Shown here one piece after another: positions 50,205 to 60,609 of a stretch of DNA of 64,000 bases; the stretch's first letter is position 1; each line of letters opens with the position of its first letter. The stretch covers positions 64,001 to 128,000 of the forward strand of contig CAWHDT010000009.1 of the NCBI GenBank assembly GCA_963828195.1, given 5' to 3'. Source of the DNA: Candidatus Bathyarchaeota archaeon (GTDB taxonomy: Archaea > Thermoproteota > Bathyarchaeia > Bathyarchaeales > Bathycorpusculaceae). A program made the position numbers and the translations under genes. The notes under the pieces were generated by a model, which had not been told where the DNA came from, ran no database searches, and worked only from the letters and a program-made list of their open reading frames with translations.

Positions 50205-51479
50205 CTACAGCATTTGAGCTATGCTCGCGATGAAGAGTATTGTTGTTATTATGATGGTTGCTAATGCTAATGTCAAGGTGGCTTTCCCAAGTTTGTATTT
50301 GCCCATTAAATCCTTGTTTCGGGTGATAATTATCAGAGGTATTAGAATAAACGGCAGCAGGAGCCCATTTAGGTATTGAGTGAAGATCATTACTTGAATT
50401 TGGTTTGGTATGAACGCGAAAATTGCAGAGATAACGAGCGCCAAGACGAATACGAACCTGAATCTTCTCGCCTTAATGCGGCTCTCCAGACCCAAAAATC
50501 CGAAGGCGGAGTAAACGGTGCCCAACCCCACGGTAACCACAGCCAATATTCCAGCGAAAGCAAAGGCAACTGCGAAAACGTCCACCCCTGCTAAACCAAA
50601 TTTGATTCTGAAAGGCGCTGCTATATCGGCGAAGCTAGTTACCGATTTGCCCCCGATGAGCAATGCGGCACTTGCGATTATGACGATAGTGAGAATTGTG
50701 CCCATCAGGATGCTGACAAAGGAATCGACTCTTTCTTTCCGCACGCATTTCCGCTCTTTAGCTAATTCTTCTTTTCTTTCGCATTCGTCTTCTTTCATCA
50801 GGTCTTCAACTCCTTTCTCGTGGTGATGAGCCCACCCTTTTTCGTAAACTAATCCGCTGTGGAGGATGACGTAAGTAGGTGTAATGGAAGCGCCTATTAT
50901 CGCCTCGGCGTAGTAGAAGGAGTTAGCTTTCACTGATGGAACAAGGGAATTGTAAACTATCTGGCCGAAGTTTGCGTGGAGCGAGAAGAGAAAATATAGG
51001 TAGGCTAAGAAGATGGCAGTGACCAGGATCATCAAGATTTTCTCTAATGTGTCGTATGAGGTTAAGAAAACAAGAAAAATATTCAGCAGAATCGATATGG
51101 ATACTGCTATGGGGTAGGCTATGTTGAATAGGAAAGAAAACGCGAGGCTTAGACCAATTATTTCAGCAGTTAGTGTGGCAAGGTTCAGAAACAGCGAGAC
51201 TGCGAATAGCGGAAGTGAATAGCGTGGTCCAAACCTTTGGTGTATATTTTCCGCTAAAGTTTTTCCAGTGACGACGCCTAGCCGGGCACTAATCTCTTGT
51301 ATTCCTATTAGCAAGATACCTGAGTAGAAAGCTGCCCATAACACTGAAAAGCCAACCGCTGCCCCAGCCGCTGTTGCCGCAACGATGCTGGCAGGATCAA
51401 ACAGCTCTACTGAGACGAGGACTGCGGGGCCAAAAACGGAAATTACCGTTAAGACCTGCTTTAGGTTAATCTTTTTCAT
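50205..51479 (-). CDS. NRAMP-family divalent metal transporter (divergent motifs)
   Basis: GPA, DPAS in place of DPGN, QEISARLGVVTGK, IIGASITP. Confidence 0.88.
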   Translation of the reverse strand: MKKINLKQVLTVISVFGPAVLVSVELFDPASIVAATAAGAAVGFSVLWAAFYSGILLIGIQEISARLGVVTGKTLAENIHQRFGPRYSLPLFAVSLFLNLATLTAEIIGLSLAFSFLFNIAYPIAVSISILLNIFLVFLTSYDTLEKILMILVTAIFLAYLYFLFSLHANFGQIVYNSLVPSVKANSFYYAEAIIGASITPTYVILHSGLVYEKGWAHHHEKGVEDLMKEDECERKEELAKERKCVRKERVDSFVSILMGTILTIVIIASAALLIGGKSVTSFADIAAPFRIKFGLAGVDVFAVAFAFAGILAVVTVGLGTVYSAFGFLGLESRIKARRFRFVFVLALVISAIFAFIPNQIQVMIFTQYLNGLLLPFILIPLIIITRNKDLMGKYKLGKATLTLALATIIITTILFIASIAQML

Positions 51480-51851
51480 GTGCCCATTTTCCTTCAGATA
51501 TCAGATGAAGATGCCGAATCAATGTCTAAAATATTTTAAACTTAATTATTAAACATTACAATTAGAGACCAGCCTTCCAAACTTCGACCTTTTCCCATCT
51601 TGCTGGGGGTTCAAAATCCCCCTCCCCCGCAACTAAATTTATGAGAACTTGGAAATTTCTGCAGAAACTGGTGAGTCATTCGCCCTCATTATTTTTATAA
51701 ACAAAAATTGGTGAGTAATAGCGACGGCTGAATCGGAGAGAGATTTCTTCTCAATAGTTTTTTAAGGCGATACGCCATAACGTTCCAATCACTGTAGGCA
51801 TTTACCTATGGTCGGGAGTTAATCACTATCCACGTCAAGGGATGCAAAATC

Positions 51852-52961
51852 ATGAATAAAAAATTGCTAGTAGCCATTTTTGTAACATGTTTTCTTTTTT
51901 CAGTCGTAGTTTTTTCCCAAATAGCCTATTGTCAAAAATCAACACCAAGCTCTACGACACAGCCAACCCCCGCTAAAGCAGGAATACTTGGAAGCACCTC
52001 TGCCTTATTACTTATTGGCGGAATCGTAGCGGTTGTAGCGGTAGTTGTTGTAGTAACTTTTGTTTTCGTTTTTAAGAAGAGGGGGCGTGGAAAGAGTCTA
52101 AATGGTGGAGTTTCCACTGGTGCCTTCGAAGAGCGGGTGATAAAAAAATTCAATGGTAAACCAAGTGACCCATCTACGGGCGTAAGCGGGTTTACTGAGG
52201 GAGGTCAACCTCTTTTGATCAAACAATCCGATCCTGTCCGCTTGGCTGATGTAGAAGCTTTTGTCAAAGTGCTAGTAAAAGGAGGAGCACAAAAGGGCAT
52301 AATTGTTGCACCCGATTTTGATGACACAGCTCTGGAGGGAAAAATTACCGCGTCGGAAAATGGAACTGAGCTTCAGCTGCTACGCATAAATGAACTGATG
52401 AATAAGCGTTATGCTAATAGAATTAAAGAGCTTGCTATTTCACAGGTTTCCTTTGAGGCGCCAACTACATATGCAACAGATGACCCAGTGACCAAAACAC
52501 CAACTTTTGTTGAAAGAACGCCAAATGAGCCGCAAAAAGACGGTCTGAAACCTCGTGTCTTCATATCTAACAGCAGCACCCAAGTTTCTGACCAGATAAA
52601 GAAAATGTTGGATTTTCTGCATTATGACTACGTTATGGGCGATAAAGAAGAAACAACTGTGCCAATTTCTGAAAACAAATTCGGGTTGATGCAAGACTGT
52701 GATTGCGCAATAATAAACATCGCTGCCGCTGAACAGGAGCGAAGGTACAGCGGCCTCTACATCCTTAATTCGAACGTAACCTCTGAAATCGACGCGACCT
52801 ATCTGAAATACAATACACAGGTTATTCTGTTGGTTGAGCGAAAAGTAGAGTTGCCTCCAAATCTTAAGGGTCTAAAAAGGATTGAATATGACAGTGATGA
52901 TTTATCTTTCAACGCAGCAATGGATCTCAAGAAGGCATTGGAAGACTTTAAGAAACTATAG
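51852..52961 (+). CDS. membrane-anchored Mrr-like domain fused to a TIR-like domain
   Basis: Signal plus TM; FEE.VI...IKQSD.V...V..F...KGIIVA; then RVFIS...NSNVTSEI...LPPNLKGL. Confidence 0.75.
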   Translation: MNKKLLVAIFVTCFLFSVVVFSQIAYCQKSTPSSTTQPTPAKAGILGSTSALLLIGGIVAVVAVVVVVTFVFVFKKRGRGKSLNGGVSTGAFEERVIKKFNGKPSDPSTGVSGFTEGGQPLLIKQSDPVRLADVEAFVKVLVKGGAQKGIIVAPDFDDTALEGKITASENGTELQLLRINELMNKRYANRIKELAISQVSFEAPTTYATDDPVTKTPTFVERTPNEPQKDGLKPRVFISNSSTQVSDQIKKMLDFLHYDYVMGDKEETTVPISENKFGLMQDCDCAIINIAAAEQERRYSGLYILNSNVTSEIDATYLKYNTQVILLVERKVELPPNLKGLKRIEYDSDDLSFNAAMDLKKALEDFKKL

Positions 52962-53255
52962 TTTTTTCATCCCTCAAATCAAACTAGGTCAAAGGCTCTG
53001 CCGTCCTAAAGGAGTTCAAATCACAACCCTGCATTTTTAGCACTGCGTCGCGAACCATAGCTCTCAGCGAGAAATCGGTCCTAATAATCCTAACAATTGT
53101 ACCACCTTAATGATCCGTGGCGCCTATAACGCGAATCGTTTTTGCCCATAAAAATCACGGATTTCAGTTAGCCAAGTATCAAAATAACCACTAAATAAAA
53201 TAAAATATAAGTCTTCATTTACCTGCAAAGATGAAAGTAGCCTCCCCGTTCTATA

Positions 53256-54284
53256 TCAAAAAGTTGATATGTATTGTTGTCGGCTTGGCCATCTTTCGGG
53301 TATTTTCCTTGTGCTGGCTTCAACTTTTTTTATGCCGCAGGTCCTTGAGATTTGGTCTTGTATGGCGAATGACTGCGCCGTGTCTCTAACCATAGCTGAC
53401 AATTGCAGATCATAATCGCCGCTAGTTTTTGTAATTATAATTACATCAGGTATTTCCGTAAGTGACTCAACAACCGTTTCCGGCAGGGTGTCGGGAGCGG
53501 CAACAGCTATGTTGAAATCAATTATCGACGTGTATCCAATTTTATTTGGGTTTATTTGGATTGAAACCTTTATTGAGCCCTTTTCCCTGAGCTTATGATA
53601 CCTATTTACCACTGTGTCAGTTGACAATTCCAGTTCTTTCGCAATTTTAATAAACGACGCGCGTCCGCCCATCGTAAGCTTTGCCACTATTTGCCTGTCT
53701 AACTCATCAATTGCAATTTCATCGATCAGTGTTCGGATTGGTTTATTTGATTTAAGTTGATTAAGAGTGTTGGTGCCTTTCAAGGCGCCTGTGAAATTTA
53801 GGTTTTCAGGAATATTTCTAACGCCAGTCCAGATGTAAGTTTTTAGTCCTGTAGTGGGAAGTTTTCTCTTAATTATCTGCTTCACATCGTTCAATTCATT
53901 TAAGTCCCTTAAAGTTGCAATTGCCCTCACATTGTAAACACTGTTATACTGGCGGTAGGCACGTATCTCCGTTATTTTCTCTATAAACTCCATAACTTGA
54001 TCTATTTGCTGAGCATCAATACTGATGAGCAGAGTTGCAAGCGCGGCATTTCCGAAATGGCCAAAATTCATCTGAATTGTTGCCCCGTTAATTATGCCTT
54101 TTTTTTCCATTGCCCTGAAACGTTTCCAAACTTTGTTTTCCGAGACTTCGCATTCTCTGGCTATTTCACCAAAACCTACCCGACCATCTTGTAATAGTTT
54201 TTTCAGTATTTTAGAATTAAGCTCATCGATTTTAAACACGTTATTTTCTCTAAGTTCTTCACTTTTTCGGGTTTTGGGATTCAA
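53256..54284 (-). CDS. tandem-duplicated Lrp/AsnC regulator
   Basis: Two IDEL...DGR/GGR HTH plus RAM modules. Confidence 0.92.
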   Translation of the reverse strand: MNPKTRKSEELRENNVFKIDELNSKILKKLLQDGRVGFGEIARECEVSENKVWKRFRAMEKKGIINGATIQMNFGHFGNAALATLLISIDAQQIDQVMEFIEKITEIRAYRQYNSVYNVRAIATLRDLNELNDVKQIIKRKLPTTGLKTYIWTGVRNIPENLNFTGALKGTNTLNQLKSNKPIRTLIDEIAIDELDRQIVAKLTMGGRASFIKIAKELELSTDTVVNRYHKLREKGSIKVSIQINPNKIGYTSIIDFNIAVAAPDTLPETVVESLTEIPDVIIITKTSGDYDLQLSAMVRDTAQSFAIQDQISRTCGIKKVEASTRKIPERWPSRQQYISTF

Positions 54285-54363
54285 AATTTCTTATTTCCTT
54301 GCAGAATTTTAAAGAAAATTGCAAATTTATCGTTTTTGGCTAATTTAACGTCTGCGGCTTTGT

Positions 54364-55344
54364 TTAGAAAGTCGATATATATTGGCGCGGTGATGGCCAT
54401 TTGTCTCGTACTCTTACTACTTCCATATCAATTTTTATTATTTCTTGAATTTTCCCAAGTTCTTCTTGAATTGAAAGTAACTGCTCTAAGTCCCGTATCA
54501 TTGCCCAAATTTGCAAATCGTAGTCTCCAGTTGTTTTCATGATGCTTATAATATCAGGGATTTTACTGATTTTCTTAATAATTACTGAGTTTTCCTGTGA
54601 GGTAGCGGTGAAAAAAATGCATATAGCTTTGTATCCGATTTTTTTAGGATTTATTTGAATTGTAGCTTTCAATACACCGTTTTTCTTTAGTTTTTCGTAC
54701 CGCCTTTTAACGGTATCAGCTGCGATTCCTATTTCTGTAGCAAGTGCCTCAATGGGCATCCGTCCGTTCTCAGAAAGTTTGTCAGCTATTTTCTGATCAA
54801 TTTGGTCGATGACTAAGGTTTGAGCGCTGCTCTTTTTTTTAGAACTTGACTGGAAAGTGCTTGTATCCTCTATATTTTTTATCTCATCTGGAATTATTGC
54901 CAAGTTATAATTCATTTCTTTTACATCTGTCCAGATTCCAGTTCTCATTTCGAAAACGGAAAAATGATTTTTGATGTCGTCTTTGATTTCGTTTAATTCT
55001 TCAAGCGTTCTTAGAGTTACGACAACATCTATATTTCCTTTGATTTGCCTGCTGTAGAAGGAAAAAACTCCTGGCATTTTTTGCAGGTACTCTATAAGTT
55101 GCTTTTCTTGCCGTGAGTCAAAATTGATTAGAATATGCGCGACTGCCTTGTAGCCAAAGCTCTTATAATTAATGTGTATTGTCGCACCTATGATTATGCC
55201 AGCTTGTTCCATTTGGGCACGATTTTTCTGAACAATTTCTTCAGTTGTTCCTATTTTTTCCGCAATTTCGCTGTCGCTTTTGCGTCCATCGGATAATAAA
55301 CTTTTGAGAATTTTTGCTTGAACTGCACTAATTTGCTCGGTTAA
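54364..55344 (-). CDS. tandem-duplicated Lrp/AsnC regulator, paralog with no canonical start before the first HTH
   Basis: Frame open 44 codons upstream of ATG 55212, encoding KILKSLLSDGRKSDSEIAEKIG; TTA where a start is expected. Confidence 0.8.
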   Translation of the reverse strand, partial: LTEQISAVQAKILKSLLSDGRKSDSEIAEKIGTTEEIVQKNRAQMEQAGIIIGATIHINYKSFGYKAVAHILINFDSRQEKQLIEYLQKMPGVFSFYSRQIKGNIDVVVTLRTLEELNEIKDDIKNHFSVFEMRTGIWTDVKEMNYNLAIIPDEIKNIEDTSTFQSSSKKKSSAQTLVIDQIDQKIADKLSENGRMPIEALATEIGIAADTVKRRYEKLKKNGVLKATIQINPKKIGYKAICIFFTATSQENSVIIKKISKIPDIISIMKTTGDYDLQIWAMIRDLEQLLSIQEELGKIQEIIKIDMEVVRVRDKWPSPRQYISTF

Positions 55345-55590
55345 GACCTTTTATCCCTCGTAGAGATTCTTGGTACTTTGTCTTTATATTTAAATTCATC
55401 GCACATTTCGCATTTCCCGTCCTTTTACCGTCTGCATTCGCAGATTCTGGCTTTGTAATCCGAGCTCCTATTATTTTCCTTTTATTGTCGAAAATGGCAA
55501 TTTTATCCGATTTTATTTAAGGTTTTAAAAACGTTTAAATGTACACAACGGAAAAAGTCTAGTCACAAAATAAAAAGGAGAAAAAGAAAA

Positions 55591-58467
55591 ATGCAAATTG
55601 TTAAAAACAAAATCGCAGCAATTGTGATTGCTATATTCTTAACACTTTCAATAGGGGCTTCAATAATGCTTATTCCAACTGCTAGTGCACATAACCCTCC
55701 GATTACAATTCCAACCTACGCCTACATATCGGCGTCGCCTAATCCGGTAGGTGTCGGCCAGCAAGTGACCATTTATATGTGGCTTAACCAGGTTTTCGGC
55801 TATTATGCTGCTGCAGGAGCCACAACAACAGCCGACTATGCACAGGTAACAAATAATTACAGATTCCAAAACTACAATCTGACTATCATAGCACCTGACG
55901 GTACAACAAACTCAACGATTTTCAGTTATATTGCTGATCCAACATCAGACCAGTACCTATTATACACCCCAACCCAGACTGGAACATATCAACTCATCTT
56001 TACCTTCCCAGGACAAGCCTACAATCAAACCACCCCAGGCGGTAGCGGCACTTATGACCCAGCTTCAGTGTTGATTGGCGACACTTATGCGCCAAGCTCA
56101 GCAAACACAACGATGACTGTGCAGCAAGCACCAATTCCCGCAGCTACAGGCAGCTCCCCGCTTCCAACACAATACTGGACATATCCAATATACGGTGAGA
56201 ACACCTACTGGTACACGATTTCGTCAAACTGGCTCGGTTCAGGTTCTCCAGTCAGTTCTGCAACGGGCTATGGCGGTCTTTCCTTTGCCACTGCTTACCC
56301 AACATCATCAGCAATCCAAGCGTATCCCGGAGATGCCGTTGGACCACTAACTAGCCATGTTATGTGGACGTATCCAGTTGAAGAAGGCGGAGTTGTCGGA
56401 GGAAACGAATTTACCAGCGGCGGTTCCTATCCAGGCAATCCTCAGGGAGTCGGATACTTTGAAGGATCAGCTTACAACAACCGATATATAAATCCAATAA
56501 TATTGGACGGCAACATATACTACACAGAACCAGTAACATTAACAGGCCCTTCCAGCGGACCAACTGTTTGCCAAAGCCTACAAACAGGACAAATAATTTG
56601 GAGCAGTACACAGATACCCGCGCTATCATTCGGCTACATATACAACGTATGGTCCGTTGACCAACATGGAGTTTATCCAGCAATCTTATTCACAGCCAAC
56701 TTTGCCCGTGCTTTTGACGCATTCACAGGGGATCCACTATTCAACGTAACTGGCGTTCCATCAGGCACAATAGCCCAAGGACCAAGTGGGGAACAGTTAA
56801 GATACGTCCTAACGAACGACGGCACCACCGCCTCACCAGCCTATTATTTAGGCGAGTGGAACTCATCTAGGCTTTGGGAGACAGTTGAGAATCCATGGAG
56901 CCTTGCGGTTGTCGATAACCCAACGCTCTACAACGACTCTACAAGTTCTGGCGCTGCTTTAACCACAGGCCAATCACAGGAGGCAAACGTGACAGAACCT
57001 GCTCTAGGAGCTGTTGCCGGTAACAACAATAACGAACCTGCCACCTCCAATTACGTTGTCTACGGAAACGTCGTAAATGTCAGCAACGCACTATACAGTT
57101 ATGACTGGAACGTTTCGACACCAGCGCTCAACACCATGACCACCGCACCTACAATACTTGCAGCTCTAGCCGGAAACGTGCTGCTTTGCAAGAACGGCAC
57201 TTATCCGGTTGCCACCGCAACAAGCGTTACAGGCGCATTCAGCTCAACCCCCTACACATACTTCGCAGTCAACCTCAACGCAACTAGAGGCCCAATCGGC
57301 GAAATTCTATGGTGGAACACAATTACGCCATCAGGCACCGTGTCAGTCTCATTTGGCGGAGTTAACCCGACAGTTAACGTCTTCGTTGAAGCATACAGAG
57401 AAACCACACAATTTGTCGGATACAGTCTGACAACAGGACAGGAAATATGGGGTCCAACTGCACCTCAAGCAGCCTTTGACTACTACGGCAGCCCAGGAGC
57501 AGGAACAATAGTCAGCCAACTAGCTTACGGGAAACTCTACAGCAGCGCTTTCGCAGGAATACTCTACTGCTATGATTTAACTAATGGAAACCTACTTTGG
57601 ACCTACGGCAACGGCGGCGAAGGTAACAGCACTAACGCAGGCTTAAATACGCCCTACGGCGATTACCCAACCTTCATAAACGCAGTCGGCAACGGAGTAA
57701 TATACACCGTGACTACTGAACACACCATCATCGACCCAATTTACAAGGGCGCACTGGCACGTGCCATCAATGCCACAACCGGAGCAGAAATCTGGACCTT
57801 ATCGGACTACACAGGCGAATTCACACAAACAAGTTATGCCATTGCTAATGGGTATGCAACATTCTTCAACGGCTACGATGACCAAGTTTACAGTGTGGGC
57901 CAAGGACCAAGCGCAACCACGGTAACAGCGCCACAGACTGCTGTCACAGCAGGCGCTAATGTAGTTATCCAGGGTACAGTGATGGATATTTCAGCGGGCA
58001 CACAGCAAACACAGCAGAAAGCGGACTTTCCAAACGGCGTTCCGTGCGCATCTGACGCAAGCATGAGCGCTTGGATGAGCTACGTATATCAGCAACAACC
58101 AATGCCAACCAACTTCACCGGCGTTACAGTTTCAATAGACGCAACTGACCCTAACGGCAACTTTGTCCACCTCGGCGACGCTACAACCGACGCTAAAGGC
58201 TTATTCACTTTCACTTGGACACCTCCAAGCGTTCCAGGCAGCTACCTAGTCACAGCAACATTCGCTGGCACCAACGGCTACTGGGGCTCAAGCGCAGAAA
58301 CCGGCATGACCGTACAAAACGCAGCAGCAACACCTGCACCGACAGCGACACCTGCATCAAACCTCGCAACATCATCAGAACTAACACTTGGAATCGCAGC
58401 AGCAGTAATCGCTATAATCATCGCAATCGCAATAGTCGGCTTGCTCTTACTAAGAAAAAAGCCATAA
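55591..58467 (+). CDS. large secreted PQQ-like beta-propeller surface protein with TM anchor
   Basis: Signal peptide, CYD..NG..LW and AINATTG.EIW blades, C-terminal Ig-like domain, TM-RKKP. Confidence 0.9.
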   Translation: MQIVKNKIAAIVIAIFLTLSIGASIMLIPTASAHNPPITIPTYAYISASPNPVGVGQQVTIYMWLNQVFGYYAAAGATTTADYAQVTNNYRFQNYNLTIIAPDGTTNSTIFSYIADPTSDQYLLYTPTQTGTYQLIFTFPGQAYNQTTPGGSGTYDPASVLIGDTYAPSSANTTMTVQQAPIPAATGSSPLPTQYWTYPIYGENTYWYTISSNWLGSGSPVSSATGYGGLSFATAYPTSSAIQAYPGDAVGPLTSHVMWTYPVEEGGVVGGNEFTSGGSYPGNPQGVGYFEGSAYNNRYINPIILDGNIYYTEPVTLTGPSSGPTVCQSLQTGQIIWSSTQIPALSFGYIYNVWSVDQHGVYPAILFTANFARAFDAFTGDPLFNVTGVPSGTIAQGPSGEQLRYVLTNDGTTASPAYYLGEWNSSRLWETVENPWSLAVVDNPTLYNDSTSSGAALTTGQSQEANVTEPALGAVAGNNNNEPATSNYVVYGNVVNVSNALYSYDWNVSTPALNTMTTAPTILAALAGNVLLCKNGTYPVATATSVTGAFSSTPYTYFAVNLNATRGPIGEILWWNTITPSGTVSVSFGGVNPTVNVFVEAYRETTQFVGYSLTTGQEIWGPTAPQAAFDYYGSPGAGTIVSQLAYGKLYSSAFAGILYCYDLTNGNLLWTYGNGGEGNSTNAGLNTPYGDYPTFINAVGNGVIYTVTTEHTIIDPIYKGALARAINATTGAEIWTLSDYTGEFTQTSYAIANGYATFFNGYDDQVYSVGQGPSATTVTAPQTAVTAGANVVIQGTVMDISAGTQQTQQKADFPNGVPCASDASMSAWMSYVYQQQPMPTNFTGVTVSIDATDPNGNFVHLGDATTDAKGLFTFTWTPPSVPGSYLVTATFAGTNGYWGSSAETGMTVQNAAATPAPTATPASNLATSSELTLGIAAAVIAIIIAIAIVGLLLLRKKP

Positions 58468-58851
58468 AACAAAAAACAGTAAAAAACCACAATCTATCTT
58501 TCCCTTTTTTAGTCCTAAAAAGCAACGGAGAAAAGAATAGGGGCTGAGAAGGCTCTGGGTGAATTAACAAAGAGCAATTGCCTTTAGCAAGCAATTCATC
58601 TTTTCTCCTTTAAATTTTTCCCAGAGCCTCAGCAAACCCCACTTTTATATTTCGTTTTTAATCACCCAATTGTTTTTTTGGAAAACATAGCTTAGTTTTG
58701 TCAACCTGCCTTATGCATTGAACCTTGTTACCGCTTTTCTTTCTCATTCAAATGTTGCTCGCTTGAATAGAGCTCAGAGAAGCAAAAAGGAATAGAAAAA
58801 AAGATTAGTAAGAGCAATGCACGTATAAACATTGAACAGTGAAGGAATTTA

Positions 58852-60609
58852 ATGGAAAAAAGGCTTTTTCAGGTTTGCTTTTTCTTGGCGCTCTTCAGTT
58901 TGCTGCTTATCGCGCCGATTGGGAGAGTTTCAGCCCAAACAGTGTGGAATCTAGAGGTATCTGACTTGTCAAACAACACGGTTACCTATAGTTACAGTCA
59001 GATTTTGGCGATGCCGCAAACCAGCATAGACTCACCTGAGTACTGTTACGGTACCTTGGTAACCAGCGGCGTCTGGACCGGAGTAAGCATGAGCTACTTG
59101 CTCCAACAAAGCGGATTAACGTCAGCGGTCGCATCAGTAAACTTCATGGCAACGGACGGATACACAGTAAGCCTCCCGTTAACCGAAGTCACCCAGCCAG
59201 ACGATATCATAGCCTACCAATCAAACGGCGCATCCCTAACGGAAACACTGCGTTTGGTGATTCCTGAAGACAACGGCAACGAGTGGATCGCAATGCTCAC
59301 TTCAATAAGCATGAGCACAGCCATAGTTTCACCTGGGCTTCCCGCTGGAACAGGAGGAGGGTCATTCCCATTGCCTTCAACGATGCCCACTCCAATATTT
59401 TCACCTACTCCAGCGCCAACAACGACACCCACATCAACACCGTCTCCTAGCCCATCACCTATGCCCAGCCCATCGACAAGTCCTTCAACAAGCCCCAGCC
59501 ATCTCCTAATTTGGAACTACACCACAGGAAACGCAGTTGAGTCATCTCCTAATGTTGTCGGCGGCGTCGTCTACGTTGGGTCACAGGACGACGAGGTTTA
59601 TGCTTTGAATGCGGCAAACGGGGTGCAAATCTGGAATTTCACCACTGGCGGCTACGTGTTTTCTTCGCCTGATGTAGTTGGAGGCGTCGTTTACGTCGGT
59701 TCATATGACCACAGAGTTTATGCGTTAAACGCCACCAACGGAGCCCAAATCTGGAACTATACTACGGGAGGCTATGTATCTTCTTCGCCAGATGTCGTCG
59801 GCGGAGTAGTCTACGTTGGCTCGTACGACGATAAAGTCTACGCTTTAAACGCAACGGACGGAGTTCAAATCTGGAGTTACACCACAGAAGACCTCGTGCG
59901 TTCTTCCCCCACAGTCGTCAACGGGGTCGTCTACACAGGCTCAAGCGACACTTACCTATACGCATTAAACGCCGCCAACGGAGCCCAAATTTGGAACTAC
60001 ACCACGGGAAGCGCGGTGGTTTCGTCTCCAACTGTTGTTGACGGCGTCGTCTACGTCGGGTCAGAACACTCAAACCTCTACGCTATAAACGCAGCAGACG
60101 GAGCCAAACTCTGGAACTACACTACGGGAAACTCTGTAGAGTCATCTCCAGCAGTTGTCGGCGGAATCGTTTATGTTGGCTCTGAGGACGCTAAGGTTTA
60201 CGCTTTAAACGCCACGACCGGAGTCCAAATTTGGAACTACACTACAGGAAGCGGGGTGGTTTCATCTCCCAATGTGGCTGGCGGCGTTGTTTACATCGGA
60301 TCAAGCGATGGTAAAATATATGCATTAAACGCTGCGAGTGGCGAGCAAATCTGGAACTTCACCACTGGAAACGCTGTGGTTTCGTCTGCTGATGTAATTA
60401 GCGGCGTTGTCTATGTTGGCTCAGGTGACGGCAACCTTTACGCTTTGAGAGCTCGCCCGATAACAAGCTCTGAAGTTCCAACAACTTATATTATCATCTC
60501 GGTAGCAGTGATAATAATTGTAATCGCGATGTCTGCATTAGCGCTTAGAAAAAGAAAAATAAGCGCAAACAACCCCAATTCGCTCGATATAGCTCAAAAT
60601 TTCATCTAG
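58852..60609 (+). CDS. secreted sulfite-oxidase-type molybdopterin domain fused to PQQ-type beta-propeller
   Basis: YCYG, WTGV, ATDGY.VSL, IAYQ.NG, LRLVIP...G..W; P/S/T linker; eight SSP.VVGGVVYVGS repeats; TM. Confidence 0.85.
   Translation: MEKRLFQVCFFLALFSLLLIAPIGRVSAQTVWNLEVSDLSNNTVTYSYSQILAMPQTSIDSPEYCYGTLVTSGVWTGVSMSYLLQQSGLTSAVASVNFMATDGYTVSLPLTEVTQPDDIIAYQSNGASLTETLRLVIPEDNGNEWIAMLTSISMSTAIVSPGLPAGTGGGSFPLPSTMPTPIFSPTPAPTTTPTSTPSPSPSPMPSPSTSPSTSPSHLLIWNYTTGNAVESSPNVVGGVVYVGSQDDEVYALNAANGVQIWNFTTGGYVFSSPDVVGGVVYVGSYDHRVYALNATNGAQIWNYTTGGYVSSSPDVVGGVVYVGSYDDKVYALNATDGVQIWSYTTEDLVRSSPTVVNGVVYTGSSDTYLYALNAANGAQIWNYTTGSAVVSSPTVVDGVVYVGSEHSNLYAINAADGAKLWNYTTGNSVESSPAVVGGIVYVGSEDAKVYALNATTGVQIWNYTTGSGVVSSPNVAGGVVYIGSSDGKIYALNAASGEQIWNFTTGNAVVSSADVISGVVYVGSGDGNLYALRARPITSSEVPTTYIIISVAVIIIVIAMSALALRKRKISANNPNSLDIAQNFI

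Larger units (their letters stand above)
48110..53033 (+). repeat. four degenerate direct copies of the tRNA-Leu 3' end (att-like sites)
   Basis: 48110-48134, 49782-49807, 51606-51635 and 53011-53033 versus GGGTTCAAATCCCACCCCCTGCACCA at 47436-47461. Confidence 0.85.
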
